Shown here: piece by piece, positions 1 to 10,349 of the stretch
Layout: each line of letters begins with the position of its first letter
Numbering within the stretch: position 1 is the stretch's first letter
NCBI RefSeq assembly: GCF_004010195.1
Contig: NC_057719.1
Coordinates: 2,076,248-2,096,247, forward strand
Direction: 5' to 3'
Length of the DNA stretch: 20,000 nt
Source of the DNA: Chiloscyllium plagiosum
Taxonomy: Eukaryota
Notes under the pieces: model-generated
The model's input: the letters and a program-made list of their open reading frames with translations, nothing else
What the model was told of the DNA's origin: nothing
Database searches by the model: none
Position numbers and translations under genes: made by a program

Positions 1-416
1 CTCTTTTCTCTGGATTATAGCTCAGTGTACTGACTGTCTAAAACAGAAATGAAGGATTTAACTAATCGTGCTAGTATTAGGTGTAGAGATGACAGCTGTC
101 TCTTAATGTCTTTAGAAATTATTCTATCCTCCACAAAGCAAGCTTCTGTATCTTTGTAAAGCATGAAGTTGGAAGCCCTTGAACCTTCAGTTACGTTTTC
201 CTGCATGTTTTTTTTTTCCTTCTCTCATCCTGCCCCACAGCTTCAGGTTATGAATCTTCCATTTCCAAAAATTGCCACGCAGATCAACCTTCGATTTGAA
301 ACTGAATTCTATTTTAAAATGTTTCTGTCACTCCTGATCTACTGTAAGGGCTGTGAGTCAGGGAAAGATTTGGTATTGCTATTTCCCAGCACAATCTTGA
401 CTATGTTTCTGTTTAT

Positions 417-626
417 AGTCAAAGGGGCTGGTGCTGGAAAAGCACAGCAGGTCAGGCAGCATCCGTGAAGCAGGAGAGTTGATGTTTCGGGCATAAGCCC
501 TTCATCAGAGCTTATGCCTGAAACGTCAGTTCTCCTGCTCCTTGGATGCCGTCTGACCGGCTGTGCTTTTCCAGCACCACTATTTTCAACACTGACCTTC
601 AGCATCTGCAGTCCTGACTTTCTCCT
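417..626. mobile_element. Penelope-like element pseudo-LTR remnant, inverted (hairpin) arrangement
   Basis: Left arm ~429-500 (tggtgctggaaaagcacagc...cgggcataagccc) is the reverse complement of right arm ~509-579, followed by tail cagcatctgcagtcctgactttctcct. Same family as 14249-14446, 14844-15196 and 18725-18849. PLE assignment is from recalled architecture plus the hammerhead motif. Confidence 0.8.
481..508 (-). ncRNA. Minimal hammerhead ribozyme motif (decayed)
   Basis: Minus strand reads CTGATGA-A-GGGC-TTAT-GCCC-GAAAC-ATC. Core and stem II are intact, but the ACGT palindrome seen in sister copies is ACAT here. Confidence 0.6.
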
Positions 627-956
627 ATGGTTGTGTTTCTATTTGTGTATGGGAGAAAGAGAGGCAGAGACTGCACACCCGCCTTCAAGTTGGGGTGGGG
701 AGATCAGTTTATGAACATCCTGGTTTCTGATCGTGTAAATCTCTGACCAACTTTGAAGAAAGGGTGCTGACAGACATTTCTAAGTTGAGTTGGTGGTGTG
801 TGTGTATTGCTAGTATTGGGATGAGATGACTACGGTGTAAGTAACAAAAAGAACAGTGGAATCTCATGAACTCAACTAGAGATCTGGATTAGTGACCAAT
901 CCTTTCATCAGGAAATGAGAAATCAAACAAATATGCACGTTGGCTGGGAGTTCCTG

Positions 957-1295
957 AGATTGTAGAGTCCTACAGCACAGAAACAGACCCTTTGGTCCAA
1001 CCAGTCCATGCCAACCATAACCCCAAACTAAACTAGTCCCAGCTGTCTGCACTTGGCCCATATCCCTCCAAACCTTTCCTGTTCATGTACTTATCCAAAT
1101 TTCTTTTAAACATTGTAACTATACCCTCATCTACCGCTTCCTCTGGCAGTTCATTCCACACACAAACCACTCTGGGGAAAAAAGGTGCCCCTCCTGTCCT
1201 TTTTAAATCGCCTTCAAAATATGCCTCCTAGTTTTGCACACCCCCACCCTAGGGCAAAGACTCTTATCTCTGCCTGTCATGATTTTATAAACCTC
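957..1295 (-). mobile_element. CR1-clade LINE (HER1-like) 3' fragment
   Basis: Reverse-complement similarity to the LINE 3' ends at 1640-2190 and 18200-18580 (tacagcacagaaacagaccctttggtccaac, catatccctccaaacc, gattttataaacctc). Confidence 0.85.
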
Positions 1296-1534
1296 AATAA
1301 ATAGCACAGTCCCTTTAGTAATGCAGGAAACACAGCAGCCCATAGGATGCACATAGCAGGCCTGTACAAAAGCCAATCATAAGACCAGGTCGCTTGTTAG
1401 TGGTATTTGATATTGACCACAGAATCAGGGCTGTCGGGGTGGAAACATCCTCTGTCTCCTCGGAATATTGCTGTGGGATGTCCCTCTTCCACCTCAGAGG
1501 ACAGGCAGGTTTTATAACAAATTCTGGTCTCCCT

Positions 1535-2190
1535 AAGATGTTGTTAAACTTGAAAGTGTTTGGAAAAGACAAGGAAGAGTTGCCAGGATTGGCGGGGAGG
1601 GTTGAGCTACAGGGAGTGTCAGAGGCTGAGGGGTGACCTTATAGAGGTTTATAAAATCATGAGGGGCATGGATAGGATAAATAGTAAAAGTCTTTTTCCC
1701 TGGGGTGGGGGAGTCCAAAACTAGAGGGCATAGGTTTGACGTGAGAGGGGAAAGATATAAAAGAGACCTAAGGGACAACATTTCCACACAGAGGGTGGAA
1801 TGAGTTGGAGGGATATGGGCCAAGTGCAGACAGTTGGGACTAGTTTAGTTTGGGGTTACGGTTGGCATGGACTGGTTGGACCAAAGGGTCTGTTTCTGTG
1901 CTGTAGGACTCTACAATCTCAGGAACTCCCAGCCAACGTGCGTATTTGTTTGATCTTCCTTTCTCATTTCCTGGTGAAAGGATTAGTCCCTAATCCAGAT
2001 CTCTGGTTGAGGAAGTGGGCAGGTACACTTACAGCATTTAAAAGGCATCTGGGTGGGTATATGAATAGGAAGGGTTTGGAGGGATATGGGCTGGGTGCTG
2101 GCAAATGGGACTGGATCAGTTTAGGACTCTGGTTGGTGAGGATAAGTTGGACTGAAAGGTCTGTTTCTGTGCTGTATAACTCTGTGACTC
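1535..2190 (+). mobile_element. CR1-clade LINE (HER1-like) 5'-truncated 3' end, interrupted at 1805-2011
   Basis: Near-identical stretches to 18136-18580 (gctgaggggtgaccttatagaggttta, agaggggaaagatataaaagagacctaaggg). Encodes FKRHLGGYMNRKGLEGYG and ends in an actctgtgactc tail. Confidence 0.9.
1805..2011. repeat. Inverted copy of 871-1071 inserted in the LINE
   Basis: 1805-2011 is the reverse complement of 871-1071 with scattered substitutions and one 6-bp indel. The ORF track shows the same peptide (MGQVQT.GTSLVWGYGWHGLVGPKG) on opposite strands. Confidence 0.95.
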
Positions 2191-2885
2191 ATTTGAAAGA
2201 TGGCCCTTTACTCCTTTAATGCAGTATTGAGGTCGGCCTGGGTTACCTGCTCAAGTCTCTGGAATATGACTGCAGCCTCTGACCAATCCTCATGATGAAT
2301 TGCAGGACAAGGTGCAGGGGTTAATTTGCTACCTGTGGGAGTCAGAGAGGGCAGTGCTAGCCTATGCTTTGTGATGGGTGAGTGCAGGTCCAGGTATTGT
2401 GTGCTAATTTAACAAAGACATTCCAAACAGTGATTGATTTATGATTAACATCAAATGTTGTCACTTGGTTTCGGAGCAGGGTAATGTATGAATCTTACTG
2501 CATCCACTTTAATTTTGTAAAACACTGGTCTGTGTCTAGAACTGAACATTTGAACTTAGTGATTCAGTCAGTTTCAGGTGATGAATTGAGTATCAGAGAT
2601 GAAGCTTAATTTTTCCTGGTAGGCAAGTGACAGTAATAACATCTGTACATGAGGGGTGACATTGAACAGACTTGTAACAGTCATTGTTCTTACCTAGAAT
2701 AGCAGTGTCTTAGGAACATGCTTGGAACGTTTTCATCTATTAGTTTTAGTTATTGTCTCATTCATACAGACCTGCTCAATGTTTCTCTCTCAACTAACAG
2801 AATTAAAAATTATGACTTGGTCACTGTCATTTTGTTTGGATGCTTGCTATGCACGAATTGATTGACATATTTTCTCCTTTGTAAC

Positions 2886-3127
2886 ATAGAGTCCCTACAG
2901 TGTGGAAGCATTGAGTCCAAAAGAGCACCCCACTCCAACATACCAACTCCGGTTTCCTCCCACAGTCCAAACATGTGAAGGTCAGGTGAATTGGTCATGC
3001 TAAATTGGCCATTGTGTTCGGTGTAGTAGTCAGAGGGAAATGGGTCTGGGTGAGTTACTCTTCAGAGGGTTGGTGTGGACTGGTTGGGCCGAAGGGCCTG
3101 TTTCCACACTGTAGGGAATCTAATCTA
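2886..3127. mobile_element. HE1-like V-SINE fragments: minus-strand tail ~2886-2940 and plus-strand 3' half ~2947-3127
   Basis: ggtttcctcccacagtccaaacatgtg V-domain-like text and LINE-type tail gggccgaagggcctgtttccacactgtaggga; homologous to 18596-19079. Confidence 0.8.
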
Positions 3128-3316
3128 TCCCTGTAACCCCACATTTCCCATGGCCAATCCATCCATCCTGCACATCTTTGGACCTGTGGGAAGAAACCCA
3201 CACAGACACAGGGAGAATGTGCAAACTCCATACAGACAATTGCCCGAGGCTGGAATCGAACCCAGGTCCCTGGCTCTGTGAGGCAGCAGTGCTAACCACT
3301 GACTCACCGTGCCACC
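3128..3316 (-). mobile_element. HE1-like tRNA-derived V-SINE, 5' part
   Basis: Minus strand ggtggcacggtgagtcagtggttagcactgctgcctcacag...gggttcgattcc gives Pol III A/B boxes, then ggagtttgcacattctccctgtgtctgtgtgggtttc. Confidence 0.9.
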
Positions 3317-3529
3317 TGGTAATGGCCACACATAGTACTGTATTTGCTTTGGAAATCCTTAAGGCTGCTACAAACGCAAGTCTCTCACTGAATGATATCG
3401 TTCTACACTATAGGGCATTATATCTATAAACACTTTATCATTCACTATGGGTGTCTGAAAGTAAACACATTGTATGATGTCCTTTTTTTGAACTGCTTTA
3501 AGCAGAATAAGCAAATACCGGTATTTCCA

Positions 3530-3880
3530 TTATACCTCTCACAACTTCCAGAAGTCCCCAAGTGTGCTGTAACCTATGAAGTAATGTGCAAAACGTGGAG
3601 TTCAATTTGCACAGAGCAAGCTCCAATGAATACTGAGATAATTACCTGTTTGGTGGTGTTAGTTGGTGGATAAGTGTTGGTTGGGGAAAAGTCCCCTGTT
3701 CTTCTTTGAAGTAATACCCATGAAATGTTTTACTTGCACCTGAGGGGGTAGATGGAGCCTCTGCTTAGCTTTTCCTGTGAAAGGTGGTAATCTTAACAAC
3801 ACCATGTCATTCCTGTGCTGGGGTTCCAACCCTGAACTCGTACCCACTACCTTCGGACTTGGAAACAGAGGGGATTATAC
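3530..3880 (-). mobile_element. Old Deu-domain SINE
   Basis: caatttgcacagagcaagctcc, cccctgttcttctttgaagtaatacccatg and ttttacttgcacctgaggggg are collinear with other copies in the window. Confidence 0.6.
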
Positions 3881-4694
3881 AAATGCAAATATTTATCTTT
3901 TGCAGTTTTTACAGGGTCAGGTAGTGATATACTTGAAGCATTTTATTTCAGAAAAAAATGCACACTCACTTTGTGTGTGAGGGTAATGTTCGAGAATTAG
4001 AGCCAAGTCTCCATTTAAACAGTGTAATCAGCACAGACCATCCGTGGTGAAAATCACTGTGTTTACTGAAGGTAATAGCAGTTTGAGCCTTCCATTAGAG
4101 CGAGACTGTAAGAGTACAGTACTCCAAGGCTAAATGACAGCTTCTTTGAGGCACAATTGTGAGCTTGGCTCGCGTTGCTAGGATGCAATTTAATAGTCTC
4201 TTTGAGTAAGTGATTATGCCCCCTGGACAGATACTCCAGGAGCTGTGCACCTGTGCAGTGATCACTTGGGGATAGAGCTCCTGACTAACCTCTTGCGAAA
4301 ACTGTTTTGCATGTAGTTCTGTTCAATTTGAAACTTCGAGGGAAAATCTGAGACAAAAAAAATCAGTTTTGAAATATGAAAATATTTTTGCCACAATTAG
4401 AATGTCATTTGATGTCCTATATAATTGCCTGTGTGCATGAATGCATCACAGGTATGTGTGTACTATGTAAGGCTGAGAGTATAGGTGCTTTGAACTGCTG
4501 CCAATTTTGACTTTATTATAGCGCCAGATTTACCCACTGTCCGATTGTTGGGTGAGAGTTGTGGTTTGAGTGCGCTATGTATCTTCCTGTGTGTAGTGCT
4601 GGGAAAATTAATTTTCTGCACTGTGTAAATTTGCTCATTTTGTCTATTCAAGACACACCTGATATTCAGACAACTTAAGTGATTCAGCCTGTTT

Positions 4695-4772
4695 GAATCC
4701 CTACAATGCAGAGAGAGGCCATTCGGCCCATTGAGTCTGCACCAACCCTCCAAAGAGCATCCCAACCAGACC
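4695..4772 (-). mobile_element. HE1-like SINE 3' tail fragment
   Basis: gaatccctacaatgcaga..aggccattcggcccattgagtctgcaccaaccctccaaagagcatcc matches 6553-6630. Confidence 0.75.
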
Positions 4773-5018
4773 AAGTGAACTTGAATAAGTTGCTGTCAGA
4801 GTCTCTTAAAACATTTTGGGTTGTACTTGTTCTTTCCGCTCATGAGACATCCCATAGTTACCTTGAGAAGGTGACAGTGTGTCACCTCATTGAACTGCTG
4901 CTACTATCTGCTTCAGAGCCCAGTTAACAGTGAACTGCTCGATGTGCGACTGAAATCACATGAGTGAATAAAGATTGATTCCTTCCCTCAAAAGAAACCT
5001 GTTTGGGTTTTCTTTTAG

Positions 5019-5332
5019 ACCATAAGACATAGGAGCAGAAATTAGGCCGTTCAGCCCATCGAGTCTGCTCCACCATTCAATCATGGCTGATTATGTTTCT
5101 CAAACCCATTCTTCTGCTTTCTCCCTGTAACCCTTGATCCCCTTGATATCAATAATCTATCTATCTCAGTCTTAAATATACCCAATGACCTGTCCTCCAC
5201 AGCCCACTGGCAGTGAATTTCACAGATTCCCCTCTCTCTGGCTGAAGAAGTTTCTCTTTCTCTCCGTTCTAAAAGGTTTTCCCTTTACCCTAAGACTGTG
5301 CCCTTAGGTCCTCGTCTCTCCTCCCAATGGAA
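5019..5332 (-). mobile_element. CR1-clade LINE 3' end (second subfamily)
   Basis: Tail cataagacataggagcagaaattaggccgttcagcccatcgag. Minus strand encodes RGHSLRVKGKPFRT-type ORF2 C-terminus, similar to 16010-16280. Confidence 0.85.
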
Positions 5333-6009
5333 TAAATAAACTCTCAAACTGTCCTAGTGAGATTTAAACTTACATTCTCAAGATCATTATTTGAGGACTC
5401 AAACTGACTAACCTGCAAACGTGTGCATACTTCGGGTATGATATGATAATGTTATGTCATGCTTTCCTGACTCCAGTATGATCAGATTAGAGACCAACAG
5501 CAAAGCCAATAAAGGCAGCCCCCCTCTCCAACAATGGTCCACGTGCCTTTTTGAAGTCTTATCTGGCAACTGTCCAAACTTTCCCAACAGCGGGCTGTGA
5601 GGCCTGAGTGAGAGGGCTATTGGTCATTGCAAATGAGCCATGAAATGTATGCTTCTGTATTCCTAATCCTCCCCATCTGACAACTATCTGCACACTGTTC
5701 GAAACTCCATGTGAGCACGGGTGTTCTCATGTTGAACTAGAGCTTTGAGTTGTCCTGCAATTTTGTGAAGACTGATTTTTAAGAGCGCAGCCTTGAGGTC
5801 TTAATCTTTTTGTTCATAAGCATGAAGTGGGCTAAACCCCAAATGAGCATGTGCTCTGATGGTTACTGCAGGAGATTTATATTGCATTGAAGCCAGGGAT
5901 GATTGATATTCCACAGCTGTTTTGTTGTCAATGAATTTAATTATGTTCTCCCTTCTCGCATTTCTCTGTTTGGTCCTGATCTATACTCAGGATTCAGCCT
6001 GACTGACCA

Positions 6010-6165
6010 CAGCTGAGGCACTGATTGCGAGATTGTTTGGCTATTAAACGAATTGAGGGATTGGATATGGGTGCGGGAAGGTGGACCTGATCTAGAAATA
6101 AGATCAGCAATGATCTGGAAAGGTGGAGAAGACTCCAGTGAGGCTTTCTTGTTCATACTTCTTAC
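6010..6165 (+). mobile_element. Degraded CR1 3' UTR
   Basis: gagattgtttggctattaaacgaattgaggg..gatatggg..gcgggaaggtgga..agatcagcaatgatct resembles CR1 3' ends. Confidence 0.5.
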
Positions 6166-6420
6166 AATTTGAATTTTTCCAGCACCTGATCTCTGGGGAT
6201 GGGGTATAAAAGTATCTGACTTCTTGGAACTGGTTGAGTGTTAATTTTAACTGGGGATGATTCCCAATGAATACACATCTGTACTGTCAGAGGGGGTATT
6301 GAGAAGGAGTAAAATATTGGACAGAATAGCATAGGAAGTGATCACAGTTTGGGAGGGCTGGGGGTTTGTGAGCATATTTGAAAATAGAATCTAGTGAATT
6401 TTGGAAGGTAACTCCAAGAA

Positions 6421-6540
6421 TTTTTTTTATTCATTCACGGAATGTGGGTGTTGATGGTTAGACCAACACTTGTCACCCTTGAGAAGGTGGTGATGAGCTG
6501 TCTTGTAGGCTATGTATAATAGGTACACCCACAGTGCTGT
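6421..6540 (-). mobile_element. 3' end of a CR1/L2-supergroup LINE (family of 11494-11998)
   Basis: ttattcattcacggaatgtgggtg...cccttgagaaggtggtgatgagctg resembles 11494-11586. Confidence 0.6.
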
Positions 6541-6543
6541 TTG

Positions 6544-6720
6544 TAGAGTCATAGAATCCCTGCAGTGTGGAAGGAGGCCACTTGGCCCATCGAGTCCACA
6601 CTGACCCTCTGAAGAGCATCCCATCCAGACCCACTGCCCCCACTCTTTCCCTGTAACCCTGCATTTCCCATAGCTAATCCACTCAACCTGCACATCCCTG
6701 AGCAGTCTGCGGCAATTTAG
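6544..6720 (-). mobile_element. HE1-like SINE 3' half
   Basis: catagaatccctgcagtgtggaaggaggcc...ccctgtaaccctgcatttcccatagctaatccac, shared with 3128-3180 and 18596-18720. Confidence 0.85.
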
Positions 6721-7069
6721 TGAAGGTAATATCGTTCCAAATTTGGATGGGGTGTGGCTGAGAGAATGATTGGAAGACTCTGGTGATCCCATGTATTTCT
6801 GCAATTATCTCTTAAAGTCACAGGCCACCAGACTGGAATCTGTTATTTTTTAGTCCTGTTAATGTCACTCACAGACCTAAGTGAAATATTTCCCGGGCTA
6901 TTGAGAAGCAAGGGATGAAATCAGCTCTGATTACAGACATGGTATTGGATTATTGGTCGTTTTATTTAAAGAGAGCAAAAGGGATAACTAGAAACAGACC
7001 AGAACCTCATGGGGTGGGGGCGAGTTCTTTCAAGAGAAAGTTCCGAAAGAAGGTAATAACCATAACTTA

Positions 7070-7245
7070 GAAAGATGCTGATTAATCAAGGAGGGTTGAT
7101 GTGGATTTGTTAATTGTAGGTTATGTGTGACTGAATTGAATGTTTTTGAGGATTTGAGAAGGGACAGTGAGGGAAGTGACAATGTGGTCTGCTTGCATTT
7201 TTAGCAAGGCTTTTGCTAAGGGCCTACATCGCAGACTGGTCCAAA
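7070..7245 (+). pseudogene. Old CR1 ORF2 (RT) fragment, 5' piece
   Basis: tttagcaaggcttttgctaagggcctacatcgcagactggtccaaaa reads FSKAFAKGLHRRLVQ, compared with [13 protein letters not shown] at 17571-17609. Confidence 0.7.
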
Positions 7246-7312
7246 ATCACACGACACCAGGTTATAGTCCAACAGGTTGATTTGTAATCACAAGCTTTCA
7301 GAGCACTGCTCC
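7243..7312 (-). mobile_element. PLE pseudo-LTR fragment (second family), partial hammerhead
   Basis: aaaatcacacgacaccaggttatagtccaacagg matches 10356-10390. Minus strand keeps stem II plus GAAAGCTT (ggagcagtgctctgaaagctt) but lacks CTGATGA. Confidence 0.75.
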
Positions 7313-7488
7313 ACATTAAAGAACAGAGAACAATACAGCACAGGAACAGGCCCTTCGGCCCTCTAAACCTGTGCCGACACATTTTGCCCTTCCACAGTAA
7401 AGCGGTCTTCCCTTACAAGATCCATGTCCTTCTATTACCTTCCTCTTCATGTATTAATCCAGGTGAATGCAGCTATTGTATCTGCTTC

Positions 7489-8253
7489 GTAGACAGGCAG
7501 GGGGCTGGGAGAACACAGCAAGGCAGGCAGCATCAGGAGGGACAGGCAACAGGCTGGAGGAATACAGCAAGCCAGGCAGCATCAGGAAGGACAGGCAGGA
7601 GTCTGGGGGAACACAGCAAGGCAGGCAGCATCAGGAGGGACAGGCAGGGGGCTGGGGGAACACAGCAAGCCAGGCAGCATCAGGAGGGACAGGCAGGGGC
7701 CGGGGGAACACAGCAAGCCAGGCAGCATCAGGAGGGACAGGCAGGAGGCTGGGGGAACACAGCAAGGCAGGCAGCATCAGGAGGGACAGGCAGGAGGCTG
7801 GGGGAACACAGCAAGGCAGGCAGCAGCAGGAGGGACAGGCAGGGGGCTGGGGGAACACAGCAAGCCAGGCAGCATCAGGAGGGACAGGCAGGGGCCGGGG
7901 GAACACAGCAAGCCAGGCAGCATCAGGAGGGACAGGCAGGAGGCTGGAGGAACACAGCAAGCCAGGCAGCATCAGGAGGGACAGGCAGGGGGCCGGGAGA
8001 ACACAGCAAGCCAGGCAGCATCAGGAGGTGGAGAAGTCCATGTTTTGGGAGTAACCCATCTTCAGAAAAATTCCTAAAGAAGGTTACACCCAAAACATTG
8101 ATTTCCCTATCTCCTGTTGCTGCCTGGCTTGCTGTGTTCCCCCAGCCTCCTGCCTGTCCCTCCTGATGCTGCCTGGCTTGCTGTGCTCTTCCAGCCTCCT
8201 GCCTGTCTACTTTGGATTCCAGTATCTTACAGTTTCTTTTGTCTCTAACCAAG
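7489..8253. mobile_element. PLE-derived inverted-repeat insertion with internally amplified arms
   Basis: Outer inverted ends gtagacaggcag (7489) and ctgcctgtctac (8210), followed by tail tttggattccagtatcttacag. Flanked by attgtatctgctt (7475-7487) and attgaatctgctt (8254-8266), a 12/13 TSD. The host LINE resumes collinearly. Confidence 0.85.
7492..8028 (+). repeat. 48-49 bp minisatellite, 11 copies
   Basis: Unit gacaggcagg(a/g)ggctgggggaacacagcaag(c/g)caggcagcatcaggagg starts at 7492, 7541, 7590, 7639, 7688, 7736, 7785, 7834, 7883, 7931 and 7980. Two inverted copies lie at ~8111-8207. Confidence 0.97.
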
Positions 8254-9652
8254 ATTGAATCTGCTTTCACCACCATCTCGGGCAGTGTGTTCCAGGCACT
8301 CACCACCCTCTGTGTGAACAACCTGCCTGTCACATCTCTTTTAAACTTGCCCCCTTGCACCTCGAATCTGTGTCCCCTAGTAATTGACCCCTCCACCCTG
8401 GGAAAAAGCCTCATACTTCCCACTCTATCCACACCGTTCACAATCTTATAAACTTCTATCAGGTTGCCCCCCCCACCCCCCCAAACCTCCTGCGTTCCAA
8501 TGAAAATAAACCCAGTCTATCCAACCTTACTTCATCACTAAAATCCCCCAGACCAGGCAACATCCTGGTAAACCTTCTCTGTACCCTCCCCAAAGCATCC
8601 ACATCCTTCTGGTAGTGTGGTGACCAGAACTGCATGCTGTATTCCAAATGTGGCCTGACTAAAGTTCGATAGAACTACAGCATGACTTGTCTATCCTTAT
8701 ACTCAGTGCCCCTTCCAATGAAGGCAAGCTTGTCATCTCCCTTTTTTACTCCCTTATCTACCTGTGCTGCCACCTTCAGTGACCTGTGAACCTGCAAACC
8801 CAGATCCTTCTGCACATCAATACTCCTGAGGGTTCTGCCATTCACTGAATAATTTCCACTTGTACTTTGACCTTCCAAAATGCATGCCCTCACATTTGTC
8901 TAGATCAACCTCTATCTGGCATTTTTCTGTCCATGCCTCCAACTGATCTATATCCTGCTGTATCCTTTGACAATTTTCCTCACTATCTGCAACTCCACCA
9001 ATCTTTGTATCATCTGCAAACTTATTAATTAGACCTGCATGTTTCCTCCAAATCATTTATGTAGATCACAAACAACAGAGGTCCCAGCACTGATCCCAGT
9101 GGAACACCACTAACCACCAGCCCTCCATTCCAAAAACTTCCTTCCACCACTACTCTCTGTCTCCTATGACTACACCAGTTCTGTATCCATCTTGCCAGCT
9201 CACCCTGATACCACGTGACTTCACCTTTTTTGTCAAGAGGGACCTTATCAAAGGCTTTGCTGAAGTCCATGTGGACAGCATCACCATTTTCCCCTTATCA
9301 ATCATCTTCGTCATCTGAAAAACCTTAACCAAATTAGTGAGGCACAATCTCCCCAGCACAAAGACCTGTGCTGTCTATCGCTAATAAGTCTATTTGCTAC
9401 TAAATGTATATAGAGTTTGTCCCTGATAATGTTTTCCAATAATTTCCCTATCACTGACGTGAGACTCACAGGCCTGTAATTCCAGGATTATCCCTGCTAC
9501 CCTTCTTAAACAGTGGGACAGCATCAACTATTCTCCAGTCCTCTGGGGCCTCACCTGTGGTCAAAGAGGATACAAAGACGTCTGTCAGTGCTTCAGCAAT
9601 TTGTTCTCTTGCCTCCCTCAATATTCTGGGATCCATCCCATCAGAACCCATC

Positions 9653-9870
9653 AAAGTAAGAGCCCAGGGATTTCGAGGGAGAGTGACAGGTTGGACCTAA
9701 AATTGGCTCAGCAAAGAGTGAAGGTCAGTGTGTATTTCTTGTGATTGGAAGACTGTTCCCACTGGGTTGTTGTGGGGCTCAGTACTGGGTCTCCCCTTCT
9801 GGGCTAAAACATCAATGATTTGGACTGAAATGTGGGTGATGTGATCGAGAAGTTTGCAGATGTTGGAAGA
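9653..9870 (+). pseudogene. Old CR1 ORF2 (RT) fragment, continuation of 7070-7245
   Basis: aaagtaagagcccagggatt (KVRAQGI), ggctcagtactgggt (GSVLG), atcaatgatttggac (INDLD), aagtttgcagat (KFAD). Confidence 0.7.
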
Positions 9871-10349
9871 GTTGCTTCAAGTACATGCACTTGTTCCTTC
9901 GTCCAGATCGGGAATTGAAGCTGGTACTTATCTTCTCTTGTCTCCATGCAATGACCAAAGAAGAGACAGCCGAATTTAGACTTAGCATTGTGTAATGGGA
10001 CAGGGTTAATGTGTAAACTTTGTAGTAAAGGATCCTCCTGGGAATGACAGATGATTGTATGATAGAATTTCATATTGTGTTTGAAAGTGATGTGGTTGAG
10101 TACAAAACTAAGGTTTCACGTGTAAATAAAGCCAATTATATCAGGGAAAATGAGCTAGATTAACTTTGAAAATTAGATTAAGGGACCGTGGATAAACAAG
10201 AGTGATCGTTTAAAAAGTAATTTCCTAATTCTTAATGAATAACCATTGTGGTTGCAAAACTCTACAAGAGGTCTAATGCTAGCTATCTAAAAAAGTAGTA
10301 AACCTAAGGACTTGTAAGCTTGAACTCAAAAACAACCAATTAATTGATG

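Larger units (their letters stand above)
1305..2285 (-). mobile_element. Old Deu-domain (SacSINE1/AmnSINE1-like) SINE split by a CR1 insertion; pieces ~1305-1525 and ~2190-2285
   Basis: Motifs taatgcaggaaacacagcagcc, tgggatgtccctcttccacctcagagg and, after the LINE, tcatttgaaagatggc...tgctcaagtctctgga are collinear with the copies at 3530-3880 and 19420-19778. Family name from memory. Confidence 0.55.
7321..9645 (-). mobile_element. CR1 LINE, 5'-truncated, frameshifted ORF2 reverse transcriptase; interrupted at 7489-8253
   Basis: Successive minus-strand ORF pieces: [111 protein letters not shown]. 3' UTR/tail at 7321-7488. Confidence 0.95.

Noticed and set aside
878..912. Minus-strand CTGATGA followed by a hairpin (ggattgg-tca-ctaatcc) as another hammerhead
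   Set aside because: No GAAA follows the stem, and the duplicate copy has CTGGTGA.
3240..3316. tRNA gene (also 19010-19079)
   Set aside because: The A/B boxes belong to SINE heads, continue into the SINE body, and form no full cloverleaf.
4285..4370. Possible minus-strand micro-exon (ttttttttgtctcag ... ag|gttagt; FPSKFQIEQNYMQNSFRK)
   Set aside because: Splice motifs only, peptide unrecognised; insufficient support.
7492..8028. CRISPR-like array
   Set aside because: Units are contiguous with no unique spacers, the context is eukaryotic, and there are no cas genes.
7384..8166. 260-aa and 195-aa repetitive ORFs
   Set aside because: They result from a stop-free 49-bp minisatellite cycling through frames, with no coding evidence.
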